From Desulfobacterales bacterium (GTDB lineage: Bacteria > Desulfobacterota > Desulfobacteria > Desulfobacterales > JAHEIW01), in contig JASFIV010000002.1 in assembly GCA_050122475.1 (NCBI GenBank), positions 129 to 64,128 on the forward strand: 64,000 bases of DNA. Direction: 5' to 3'. Below, piece after piece: positions 27,617 to 39,600 of this stretch (position 1 is its first letter; every line of letters begins with the position of its first letter). Position numbers and translations under genes: made by a program. A model generated the notes under the pieces. The model ran no database searches. It was not told the DNA's origin and was given only the letters and a program-made list of their open reading frames with translations.

Positions 27617-29233
27617 TCAGGACTTTAGCAGGGTTTTGGCTGCCAGTTCGCCGGGGGCGCCCATGATGCCACCGCCCGGGTGAACGCAGGAGCCGCACAT
27701 CCAGAGGTCATCGATGGGCGTCTGATAGCGCGACCAGCCAGAAACCGGGCGAAACGGGCCCAACTGCTCGAGACTCAATTCTCCCTGAAAAATATTACCC
27801 TCGGTCAGACCCACGTCTTGCTCCAGATCCCAGGGCGTAACAACCTGGCGGTGCAGGATGCTGTTTTTTAAATTCGGACAGTATTCTGCCAGCGTATCGA
27901 CCACCGTATCCCCCAGTGCTTCCCGCTTTGCCGGCCACTGCGCGGCGCCTTCTTTTATGTGGTAAGGCGCATACTGGACAAAAATCGAAATCACATGTTT
28001 GCCCGATGGTGCGACAGTGGGATCAGTCAAAGAGGGGATGACGATATCCAAAAAAGGGCGTTTTGAAAAATTGCCGTATTTGGCGTCATCATAGGCCTTT
28101 TCCAGGTATTCGACACCCGGGGCAATGGTGATATCGCCGCGCAGGTGCGGCCCGTCACCCGGTTTGCTGCTGAAATCCGGCAAGCGGTCCACAGCCAGAT
28201 TCACTTTGGCGGAACTGCCCCTGTATTTAAAGCGCTTTAGCCGTTGCACAAAATCAGCATCCAGGTGCTGTTCACCCACCAGCTTGAAAAATGTTTGATG
28301 GGCATCGGCAGCCGAGATGACGGTCTGACTTTTGATTTCATGCCCACCGCGGACGACTACGCCGACGGCCTTTCCCTCTCTGATGATAATTTTTTCGACT
28401 GCGGCTTCGGTCCGTATGTCGGCGCCGTATGACCGGGCGGCACGTGCGCACGCCAGGCTAACCCCTCCGGTGCCGCCCTTGGAAAACCCCCATGAGCGGA
28501 AGGCCCCGTCGATTTCACCCATGTAATGGTGCAGCAGGACATAAGCCGTTCCCGGGGACCGAACGCCTAAAAAGGTGCCGATAATGCCACTGACCGACAT
28601 GGGCCCGATCAGACGATCGGATTCGAACCACAACCGTAAAAACTCAACGGCACTCATGGTCATCATTTTGGTGAAAATGTATTTATCGCCTTCAACCAGC
28701 GCTTTGAAGCGCCGCCCCAAACCGAGCAATTTGGACAGTTCGCTGATTCTCAAAGAGGCCAGATCCGGGGCCGGTGAGTCTATCATGTGTTTTATGAAAC
28801 TGGCCATTTGCGTCATGGCCAATGAGAAACGGGGCGCCATTTCCGCATCGGTTGGACTGAAACGTGCGATTTCGCGCCGAGTGGCTTCCGGGTCACCGCA
28901 ACGCGTCATGGATTCCCCGTCGGGAAACGGCGTGAAGGTGCATTCCAGCGGGATGACCTGATAGCCGTGCCGGGTCAGCTCGAGTTCGCGGACGATATGC
29001 GGGCGAAAGAGGCTGACGACATAAGAGTAAATCGAAAAGGTAAAGCCTGGAAATATCTCATCGCTGGCAGCCGCCCCTCCGAGGATATGTCTATTTTCCA
29101 ATACCAGAACCGTCTTGCCGGCTTTTGCGAGGTAGGCTGCGCAGACGAGTCCATTATGACCGCCTCCGACAACAATGGCATCATAACGTTTAGTCGGAAT
29201 TTCAGAATGAAACGGCGGTGCGATCTGATCCAT
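27617..29233 (-). CDS. FAD-dependent oxidoreductase, phytoene-desaturase (CrtI)/amine-oxidase-like, paralog 1
   Basis: 538 aa with YDAIVVGGGHNGLVCAAYLAKAGKTVLVLENRHILGG and a C-terminal LWMCGSCVHPGGGI. It is clearly paralogous to 25872-27428. Confidence 0.85.
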   Translation of the reverse strand: MDQIAPPFHSEIPTKRYDAIVVGGGHNGLVCAAYLAKAGKTVLVLENRHILGGAAASDEIFPGFTFSIYSYVVSLFRPHIVRELELTRHGYQVIPLECTFTPFPDGESMTRCGDPEATRREIARFSPTDAEMAPRFSLAMTQMASFIKHMIDSPAPDLASLRISELSKLLGLGRRFKALVEGDKYIFTKMMTMSAVEFLRLWFESDRLIGPMSVSGIIGTFLGVRSPGTAYVLLHHYMGEIDGAFRSWGFSKGGTGGVSLACARAARSYGADIRTEAAVEKIIIREGKAVGVVVRGGHEIKSQTVISAADAHQTFFKLVGEQHLDADFVQRLKRFKYRGSSAKVNLAVDRLPDFSSKPGDGPHLRGDITIAPGVEYLEKAYDDAKYGNFSKRPFLDIVIPSLTDPTVAPSGKHVISIFVQYAPYHIKEGAAQWPAKREALGDTVVDTLAEYCPNLKNSILHRQVVTPWDLEQDVGLTEGNIFQGELSLEQLGPFRPVSGWSRYQTPIDDLWMCGSCVHPGGGIMGAPGELAAKTLLKS

Positions 29234-29237
29234 ACCA

Positions 29238-30431
29238 TTAGCGCCTTTTGTGTTCGGGATTATAAAACGGCATTTTTGTGACCACCGCGGTTACGGTTTC
29301 GCGCTGGTATTCAACGGTATATTCGATTTTGAGCGTCGTGCCGGTCTTGGCATAAGGTGTTGCGACTGACGCCAGCGCCAGATTTTTTTTGATCAGGGGT
29401 GACCAGGTGCCGCTGGTGGCTTTGCCGATTTGGCGGTTACCGTTGTTATCATAAACCGGCATGCCGCTTCGCCAGGCGCCCGGCAGTATCTGGACGGGCA
29501 ATCCATGTTTGGCATAAAGCGCTTCCTGTTCATCCCAGTCCAGCTCAAGCCCGACGAGGGCAAGCTGTGGTCCGATAGCCTGCTCGGCTTTCAGCGCCCG
29601 CTGGCCGCAAAAGGGCTCTCGATCGAGGTCGACTGACCAGCCCAGGCCTAGCTCATAAGGCGTCGATTTTTGGGATTCGATCAGGCAATGGGCTGCATTG
29701 TGAAACTCGACCCCATTTAAAATCAGGCCGGCTTCGATGCGGGCAATATCCAAAACGTCCAGGCCGAAGGGTTGCAGCAAATAGGGTTTACCGGCGGCCA
29801 TCAGGGCATCCCAGAGGGGCAGGGCATTTGTATTATCCACCCACAGCTCGTATCCTAAATCACCGGTATATCCGGTACGGGATATCAGCACGGGCAGATT
29901 ATCAACTGGAGCGGTCACCACGCTATAATACGCCAGTGCGTCCAGATCAATATCGGTAACCTGCTTTAAAATTTCGCGGGATGTCGGTCCCTGAATCGCA
30001 ACAGCCGCAATATCGGCGCTGAAATCTTCGAGAATGACGTCAAAACCCCGCCTAAACTGCTTAAACCATGCCAGCATCGGTTCAGCAGTATGCACGCGTA
30101 AGCGATCTGTATCCAAACGAAAAACGGTCCCATCATCGATAATCTTGCCGAAATCATCGCACCAGCAGCAATAGGCCGCGTGGCCGATCGGAAGGTCTTC
30201 AATATTTTTGGTCATGATGCGGGACAAATACGCTACCGCGTCCGGCCCGCTGACTTCATATTTAAACAGCGGGCTGATATCAATTATGCCGGCAGCATGA
30301 CGCAGGCTGTAGTATTCACCGTCGTTGGGCAGGCTATAGGAAGACACGGCACAATAGCCGGCCCAATCGGTCCATTTGTAGCTGGTGCACAAAGCGGCGG
30401 TTCTGTCGTGAAAGGGCGTTGGAATTGGCAT
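29238..30431 (-). CDS. Aminomethyltransferase-family (GcvT-like) folate-binding protein
   Basis: 397 aa. YSLRHAAGIIDISPLFKYEVSGPDA and the overall layout match the glycine-cleavage T-protein fold. The stop is 4 nt from the next gene start. No gcvH or gcvP is in the window. Confidence 0.85.
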   Translation of the reverse strand: MPIPTPFHDRTAALCTSYKWTDWAGYCAVSSYSLPNDGEYYSLRHAAGIIDISPLFKYEVSGPDAVAYLSRIMTKNIEDLPIGHAAYCCWCDDFGKIIDDGTVFRLDTDRLRVHTAEPMLAWFKQFRRGFDVILEDFSADIAAVAIQGPTSREILKQVTDIDLDALAYYSVVTAPVDNLPVLISRTGYTGDLGYELWVDNTNALPLWDALMAAGKPYLLQPFGLDVLDIARIEAGLILNGVEFHNAAHCLIESQKSTPYELGLGWSVDLDREPFCGQRALKAEQAIGPQLALVGLELDWDEQEALYAKHGLPVQILPGAWRSGMPVYDNNGNRQIGKATSGTWSPLIKKNLALASVATPYAKTGTTLKIEYTVEYQRETVTAVVTKMPFYNPEHKRR

Positions 30432-30745
30432 CTCAGCTAAGGTTCAAAGGTTCCCGCCGTCGCCCTCCGGGCTATGGCGAGGCACACAGGGTTCAGGTTT
30501 CAGGGTTTCATTTCTTCTTCTGCTGGCTGCTCGCCACGTCTCGGCTGAGCCCATCGGCCGTGAGCTCAGGGCCGAACGGCTCGTCGCAGGCTGGCTACTG
30601 GCAAGAGCCCATGATCAATTACTGACACCCAGCTGCCAGAAGCCAGCAGCACTTCAAAAGGCAGAAAACAGATAACAGATTCAAATTATATGCATCATCT
30701 TGATTTACCAGCTGTTTTCTGACATCTGTCTTCTGTCCTCCGGAA
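30432..30745. repeat. Composite low-complexity repeat region (GGTTCA, GCTGGC/GCCAGC and CAGAAAAC words)
   Basis: GGTTCAAAGGTTC...GGGTTCAGGTTTCAGGGTTTC; CTGCTGGCTGCTCGCC...CAGCTGCCAGAAGCCAGCAGC; GGCAGAAAACAGATAACAGA...GTTTTCTGACATCTGTCTTCTGTCC. The segment GAGCTCAGGGCCGAA resembles GAGCTCAGGCCGAA inside 49087-49393. Confidence 0.6.
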
Positions 30746-31083
30746 AAAAACTGTGCGGTTCGGATATCTGGGTTGCATGAAGTTGTCAAGTTCTTTTTAA
30801 ATGGAAAAGACTGATTGACAAGCGATTTTTGACCCATTAGATTTGATGACGCCCAATCGGATAATCATGAACTCAAAAAGAAAAAATGAACCCCGAAAGC
30901 GCGACAGAACCCCGGTTAAACGCCGTAAAAAGGTTTGACTGGGCAGGCAAAATCACGAAAAGTAGACAAAATCAATTCCGTGCTTTTGGGCTTTCGTGTT
31001 TTCGTGGTAGACAATCAAAAAATATCTAAATATCAAAATTCTGAGGTTAATTTTAGAAACGTTCTTGTTGAGTGGAGGTTGTT

Positions 31084-31338
31084 ATGCCGTACGATCCGGA
31101 AAAAGATGTGGTATTAAAAAAGTGGAAATGTGATGAAACTGGTTTGGTGGTTTCGATCAATCAATATGGTGAGAGCGAGCCAAAGGTTCAAATCGGGCCG
31201 CGGATTTTACTAAAAAAGGACGGCAGCGAAAGAGCGCCGGTCAAAGCCGGCCGGCTGACCATCGAGGATCTGATGTGGTTGTATGATATCATCGATGAGG
31301 TTAAAGAGGAGCTGACCGTTTTGCACAAACCGCAATGA
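31084..31338 (+). CDS. Small conserved hypothetical protein (possibly YdbC/PC4-like ssDNA-binding fold)
   Basis: ORF 31072-31338, with ATG 31084 preferred because GGAGG (31074-31078) lies 5 nt upstream. The pattern VSINQYGESEPKVQIGPR...RLTIEDLMWL is reminiscent of bacterial PC4-like proteins. The functional call is weak. Confidence 0.5.
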   Translation: MPYDPEKDVVLKKWKCDETGLVVSINQYGESEPKVQIGPRILLKKDGSERAPVKAGRLTIEDLMWLYDIIDEVKEELTVLHKPQ

Positions 31339-31430
31339 TTGTTATTGGTTACCAGTTATTGGTTATTTGTTTCGACATTTCGATCATCGGTGCAAAACCA
31401 AATAACGAATAACCATTAATAAATAACTAA
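31339..31430. repeat. Word hairpin (TTATTGG / CCAATAA)
   Basis: TTGTTATTGGTTACCAGTTATTGGTTATTTG faces AACCAAATAACGAATAACCATTAATAAATAAC. Related words TAATAACTAATAACCAATAACC occur at about 27570-27595. Confidence 0.7.
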
Positions 31431-31480
31431 CTGAAAAGACGTTTTCTGTTTGGAATAATCTATCAGACGACCTGTAATGG

Positions 31481-34230
<2,750 letters not shown>

Positions 34231-34335
34231 GCCATTAAGCTGATGAGCTGATAGTTACCGGTTTATCAGCATCCACGCTTGCCAGCTTGTTGGCTGATCA
34301 GCTCAATTGCTAAAAGCTAAATCCTGGAGGTTCGC

Positions 34336-34617
34336 ATGGAAAAACAGGCACGTGCCCATGTCATCATATCCGGGCGGGTTCAGGGCGTTTTTTTTCGGGT
34401 GGAGACACAACGCGCCGCGGAACGGTTTGGCGTTTTGGGCTGGGTTCGAAATCGTCCTGACGGCACAGTCGAAGCTGTGTTTGAAGGCAGTCAGGAATCT
34501 GTTGATGCCGTTCTTCAATGGTGTGAAGAAGGACCTAATCTGGCGGTCGTTGAAAATGTGGATCTGAAATGGCAGGATTTCACCGGAGAGTATAAGCGCT
34601 TCGACATCACCTATTAA
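34336..34617 (+). CDS. acyP: Acylphosphatase
   Basis: 93 aa. GRVQGVFFRVETQRAAERFGVLGWVRNRPDGTVEAVFEG is the canonical acylphosphatase signature. Confidence 0.92.
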   Translation: MEKQARAHVIISGRVQGVFFRVETQRAAERFGVLGWVRNRPDGTVEAVFEGSQESVDAVLQWCEEGPNLAVVENVDLKWQDFTGEYKRFDITY

Positions 34618-34810
34618 AGCTATCTTAAAAATGCATCTTACGCCCAATGGCTGCGTTCAAAACCGATTCAAAATGCTCGAATACTAACGTGTATGCTCCA
34701 CTTTTGAATCGGTTTTCGCCTTGCTTTGTTGAACACCTTAATGTTTTAAGATCAGATGTGAAATCCCGCATTCATGCGGGGGACGTAATCTACTATTTTT
34801 TAGATAGCTT
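34617..34810 (+). repeat. Family-2 structured element, long copy A (TIRs plus module-1 hairpin plus module-2 conserved core)
   Basis: Left end AAGCTATCTTAAAAATGCATCTTACG. The reverse complement of the right end reads AAGCTATCTAAAAAATAGTAGATTACG. Module-1 stem is AAAACCGATTCAAAA/CTTTTGAATCGGTTTT. Module-2 is TTGTTGAACACCTTAATGTTTTAAGATCAGATGTGAAATCCCGCATTCATGCGGGG. ORF 34647-34901 inside it is not credible. Confidence 0.8.
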
Positions 34811-34911
34811 TAAGTTCTTTAATTATGAAAAAAGCACCAGCGGGTGGCATTTGAAGTTGTTGCGAAAAAGCCTGCTGGGGTTTTTATCCTTGAGGGTTTG
34901 AACAAACAGAA

Positions 34912-34951
34912 CGGGCGACTCATGCATGGCACAAGTCGCCCGTTTGTTTTT
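34912..34951 (+). terminator. Rho-independent terminator between acyP/element A and the convergent hup gene
   Basis: GGGCGACT, a 13-nt loop, AGTCGCCC, then GTTTGTTTTTT. Flanking AACAAAC extends the stem, so it may act bidirectionally. Confidence 0.7.
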
Positions 34952-34961
34952 TAATATTTGC

Positions 34962-35234
34962 TTAAACGGCGTCTCTGAGTTTTTTGCCGGGTTTGAATTT
35001 AACCACGTTGGTGGCTTTAATTTTAATCGGTGCGCCGGTTTGCGGATTGCGGCCCTTACGGGCTTTACGGCGAACTTTCTGAAAAGTGCCGAAGCCGACC
35101 AGCGTAACCTTGCCGTTCTTTTTCTTCAATGCTTTGGTCACACCATCCATAAACGAGTTGAGTGCAGCCGCAGCTGCAACTTTTGAAATTTTTGCATCTT
35201 TAGCCGCTTTTTCTACAAGTTCTGCCTTTGTCAT
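34962..35234 (-). CDS. hup: DNA-binding protein HU
   Basis: 90 aa. MTKAELVEK..., GFGTFQKVRRKARKGRNPQTGAPIKI and the KFKPGKKL tail are canonical HU. Confidence 0.93.
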   Translation of the reverse strand: MTKAELVEKAAKDAKISKVAAAAALNSFMDGVTKALKKKNGKVTLVGFGTFQKVRRKARKGRNPQTGAPIKIKATNVVKFKPGKKLRDAV

Positions 35235-35489
35235 AATGCGTTACCCCCTTCTAGTTTTGTTGATCTTCTGTTATGGTTAATACGAACCGATCGCCTATTC
35301 GCCTGATTCCATATAAAAGGATAAAATCGATGTCAACAGAAATCTACATTTTACAACACTTTTTTTAAAATAATCTCCGCTGAACGGCTGCATAACGGCA
35401 TTTACAAAAAAATAAATTCCAAAATTTTAATTATTTCTGATTTTAACAACTTTTAAAATCCGTTCAGTTTTGATGGCCAAAAGCCAATA

Positions 35490-36497
35490 CTAAATTAAGG
35501 CATCAACAAATTTGGCAGCATCAAATTTTTGTAAATCGTCAATCTGTTCGCCGATGCCGATAAATTTTAAGGGTATTTTCAGGGTATTGCATATGCTGAT
35601 AACGATACCGCCTTTGGCAGTGCCATCAAGCTTGGTCAGGGCCAAGCCCGTAACGCCAAGGGCATCATTAAATAATTCGGCCTGCGATATCGCATTCTGA
35701 CCGGTGGTGGCATCTAAAATCAGCAACACTTCATGAGGTGCATCCGGAATGGTCTTAGAAATGGCGCGTTTTATTTTTTTTAATTCTTCCATTAAATTTA
35801 CTTTGGTATGCAATCGTCCGGCGGTATCAATGAGTACCAGATCGGCGCCGCGGGCTTTTGCTGCTTCAACAGCATCATAGGCAACCGCAGCCGGATCGGC
35901 CATCTCCTGATGCTTGACGATATCCGCCTTGGCACGATCCGCCCAAATGATGAGTTGATCAATCGCAGCCGCCCGAAACGTATCCGCAGCGCCAATCAGG
36001 ACCTTTTCGCCGGATTGAGCGGCGCGCGCAGCCAGTTTGCCGATTGTGGTCGTTTTACCGGTTCCGTTAACACCGACCACCATGATGACCCGCGGCGAGG
36101 TCAAGGTTTCGTCCGGTTCCGTGGTCTGAGGCGCCAGAAGGGACAGAATCTCTGCTTTGAGAAAGGATTTGATTTCATGCACATCGGAGATTTTCGAAGA
36201 TGCGATTTTTTCTACAAGTGTCAACGCAGTTTGAACGCCGATATCTGATGTAATCAATAATTCTTCGAGCTCATCTAGAAGATCTTCATCGATCTTTTGT
36301 CTGTTTGAAAAAATCTTATCAAAACCACCGGAAAACGTTTTGCGGGTCTTTGAGAGCCTTTCCTTCAGTCGCCGAAAATAGCCGCCGGACGGCTCTGCTG
36401 CCGTTTGCTCCGCCTGGCCTTCAGCGCCATTTTCAGATAGCTCCAATACTGACGTTTCATTATCTGTCTTGTTTTTTTTGGACTTACGAAAAATCAT
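35490..36497 (-). CDS. ftsY: Signal recognition particle receptor FtsY
   Basis: 335 aa with an acidic N-terminus and NG-domain motifs GVNGTGKTTTIGKLA, DTAGRLH and TKLDGTAKGG. Confidence 0.95.
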   Translation of the reverse strand: MIFRKSKKNKTDNETSVLELSENGAEGQAEQTAAEPSGGYFRRLKERLSKTRKTFSGGFDKIFSNRQKIDEDLLDELEELLITSDIGVQTALTLVEKIASSKISDVHEIKSFLKAEILSLLAPQTTEPDETLTSPRVIMVVGVNGTGKTTTIGKLAARAAQSGEKVLIGAADTFRAAAIDQLIIWADRAKADIVKHQEMADPAAVAYDAVEAAKARGADLVLIDTAGRLHTKVNLMEELKKIKRAISKTIPDAPHEVLLILDATTGQNAISQAELFNDALGVTGLALTKLDGTAKGGIVISICNTLKIPLKFIGIGEQIDDLQKFDAAKFVDALI

Positions 36498-36530
36498 ATC
36501 TTATCTTGATTAAATTTGTATGATGCTTTC

Positions 36531-36613
36531 CACCACGAAAAACACGAAGATACACGAAGTTGAACCTAAAATCATGCAAAATATTTTCTTTGTGATCTTC
36601 GTGATCTTCGCGG
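36531..36613. repeat. Word hairpin (CACGAAG / CTTCGTG)
   Basis: CCACCACGAAAAACACGAAGATACACGAAG faces CTTTGTGATCTTCGTGATCTTCGCGG. The word family matches 20595-20669 and 30954-30997. Confidence 0.7.
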
Positions 36614-36699
36614 TTAGATTAAAATCTGTTTAGAAAGTTTGATCGGCTCAAATTTTGTTCTGTTTGATTTCAAAGAGAGCTGGTGTCGGACCTCTGAGT

Positions 36700-39600
36700 T
36701 TAGTTGGCAGATGGCGCGGTTTCAAAATTAACGGAGACAATCTTTGAGATTCCTTTTTGTTCCATGGTAATTCCGAACAACGTATCGGCAAATTCCATGC
36801 TGCGCTTGTTGTGCGTAATCATAACAATTTGTGATTTTTCTCCAATAATTTTAAGTAAATCATTAAACCGGTAAACATTGGCGTCATCCAGCGGGGCATC
36901 GATTTCATCCAGAAGACAAAAAGCAGTCGGTTTAATCATAAAGATTGAAAATATAAATGCGATTGCAGCCATGGCCTTTTCACCGCCCGACAGAAGGCTC
37001 AAGCGGGTTAGTTTTTTGCCCGGTGGGTGGATCATAAACTCCACTCCGCTCTCCAGAGGCAGGTGGGGTTCCTTTAAGATAAGCTTGGCCAGACCGCCGC
37101 CAAAAAGCTTCGGAAAGACTTCCTTTAATTTTTCATTGATGAGATCAAATGTCTCCAGGAAGCGCTTTTGGGTGATAACATTAATTTTCTTAATCACCTT
37201 GTGCAGATCTTCAATGGCACGCTCCAGATCATCGCGTTGTTCTTTAAGAAAATCAAAGCGGTCCTTCAGCTGCTCGTATTCTCTGATGGCGCCTAAATTA
37301 ACATCGACAATTCGATCTATTTTTTTCTGAACCGTTTCTAGCGCCGTCTCTATCTGTTCGATGGTTTTGCCCTCAGTCAGCTCGAGGGCTTCTGAATCCT
37401 GCCTGAACTCCTCTCTTATGGCTGCAAACGATGTCCGGTATTTTTCTTCCAAACGGCTGGCAACATTTTCTTTTTTGATTTTGCGCTCGGATTGTTCCAG
37501 CTCCAACAGTCTCACTTTTTCCAGTATCTGTTCACGTTTGCTTTTTATTTTTGATATTTTACTGTCACTGTCCTGAAGTTTTCCATCAATGGACTCGTAA
37601 TGCGCCTCATTGGCCTTTAGTGACTGATCAAGGACTTCCATCTGTTTATACATCTCGGAGAGCTTTTGATCGTATTCGGTTATTTGTTGTTTGGCACTTT
37701 CTTTCTTTTGTTGTTTGATTCCAATTTCATGTCCCAGTTGTTCGAGTCTGTTGAGGCTGTCGTTATGAAATTCGTTTAAGCGCCGCAAACTGTTGTTGGC
37801 ATTTTCCAATTTTGCATGCAATGCCGTGAGTTGCAATTGCAGATCAACAACTTTCTGCTGGTATTGTTCCAATTCAGCGGACACCGTGCTGATGGAAGCC
37901 GAAAGATGGGAAACTTTATTTTGAGCCGTTTGGACTTCAGCGGACAGGTCCATCAGAGCCGTATTGTATTTGGTCATTTCAGCATCGACATCGCTGGCTT
38001 CACCCTGCAGCTTTTCTTTTTCGAGCATTACGATTTCAAGATGACGCTCGGCATTTTTAAGCTCTTCAGAGGCTCGCACCAGTTCTTTTTCGGCTTCAAT
38101 TTCTTTTTTGACGGCGTTATTCTTCTGTTCGGTGAGTTTTTGCAGCTGAATCTCAAGCTGACGTGCTTCTGATTCCAGTCGGCTCTGATCCGAGCGGGCA
38201 TCTTCCAGTTTCTGGTCGAGTTTGATGGACTGTCGATTTAGCGCTTTGAGCGCCTGCTTTTTGGCCAGAATGCCGTTTAGTTTATCTTTGCTGCCGCCAA
38301 CCAGAAAACCCTGCGGTGATATAACATCACCATTTTTGGTAACAATGGTCCTAGATGTACCGTTGCGATTATACAGCTGGATGGCTTCAGTCATGTCCTC
38401 TGTATAAACCACATGACCGAGCAGGGTTCTGACTATAGGCTCATAACCGGGCTTCACAGTGATTTGATCCAACAGCAGCGACCCGGAAACGGGCGCATCC
38501 GTCTGAAGGTTATCGGCTGGTTTCATAGCGGAAAGCGGGATGAATCCGCTGCGTCCGGCCTGACGGGACTGCAAATACGCAATCGCTTCGAGGCCGGCAT
38601 CCTGGTCCTGAACAATAATGTATTGAAGTGCATCACCGAGAACCGCCTCCACAGCTGCTTCAAAAGTCGGCTTGGCCTCGATAATATCCGCCATAAGTCC
38701 AACAATCTTTTTTGATACGTTTACACTGACAGCGGGCTCATCGGTGCCGCGGGGCTTCATGATCGCCTTGACACCGTCGCGATACCATTCAAAATCGTCG
38801 GCCATTTTCTTGAGGGTATTTAAATTGGATTTGACGGTGTTGCGCTCCAGCTCGAGCGTCTGGGTCAATTTGACCTGCTTGCCAAGGGCGCTGTTTTTTT
38901 GCGCCAACTGGCTGCCGGCTGAGGCGATCTGCTCTTCCAGACCTTGTATGTCCTCTTTTATCGTCTCCAGCTGTTTGCGGGCTGTTTCTTCCTGCTTATG
39001 AACGTCTTTGATTTGTTTGCGAGCCTGATTCTCTTCTTCTTCAACCCCCGCCAGACGTTTTTGCAAACTTTCTTTATTGTTAATTGTGGTCTGGTAAATG
39101 TTTTTGTATTGTGCCTCCCGTGCGATCAAGTCCATTAAGCGGGATTTGTTGGATTCCTGATCTTGATTGAGCGCTGCTAATTTTTCGGCTATGCCTTCGC
39201 TGGCCTTTTTTTCCTCGTTGATGCTGGATTTTTTGGCAGCAATTTCTTCATTCACTTCGGCCATTTCTCTTTTGACCTGTTCAATTTCAGAAAACATCTC
39301 CTGATTTTTTTCTTCCAGATCGGCACGTATGGCTTTTAGATCTGAAGACTCTTCAGATAGTCTTTTCACTTCACCGCGCAAATGGACCCGATCATTTTCA
39401 GTGCGGTCAATACTGCGCTGGGTTTCGTATTGATTTGATTTTTGTTCGGATATTTCCTGATTTTTTTGCCAACGTTTCAGCTTGATTTCTTCTACAGTGG
39501 CATCCAGTTTTTTAATCTCGGTGGTATGGCTGATATCCAGATCCTGCAGCTCACGCAGAAGAGTGTCGGATTCTTGGATCTGGAGGGCATAATCGTCGTA

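Noticed and set aside
30740-30800. Sigma54-type promoter candidates. TCGGATATCTGGGTTGCAT is near 30760-30790. TGGCAC-containing sites lie near 27541 and 4951, and TTGGCCAGTTGAGCGCG is near 63325.
   Set aside because: None has the GG-N10-GC spacing together with a TTGC -12 element. I could not identify a convincing target promoter for the NtrC-like activator in this window.
30867-30938. 23-codon, highly basic micro-ORF (MNSKRKNEPRKRDRTPVKRRKKV).
   Set aside because: There is no Shine-Dalgarno sequence, it sits in A-rich low-complexity DNA where such ORFs arise by chance, and conservation cannot be assessed here.
34647-34901. 84-aa ORF downstream of acyP.
   Set aside because: It lies within family-2 repeat copy A and the adjacent terminator hairpins. 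Equivalent repeat copies elsewhere do not keep an open frame.
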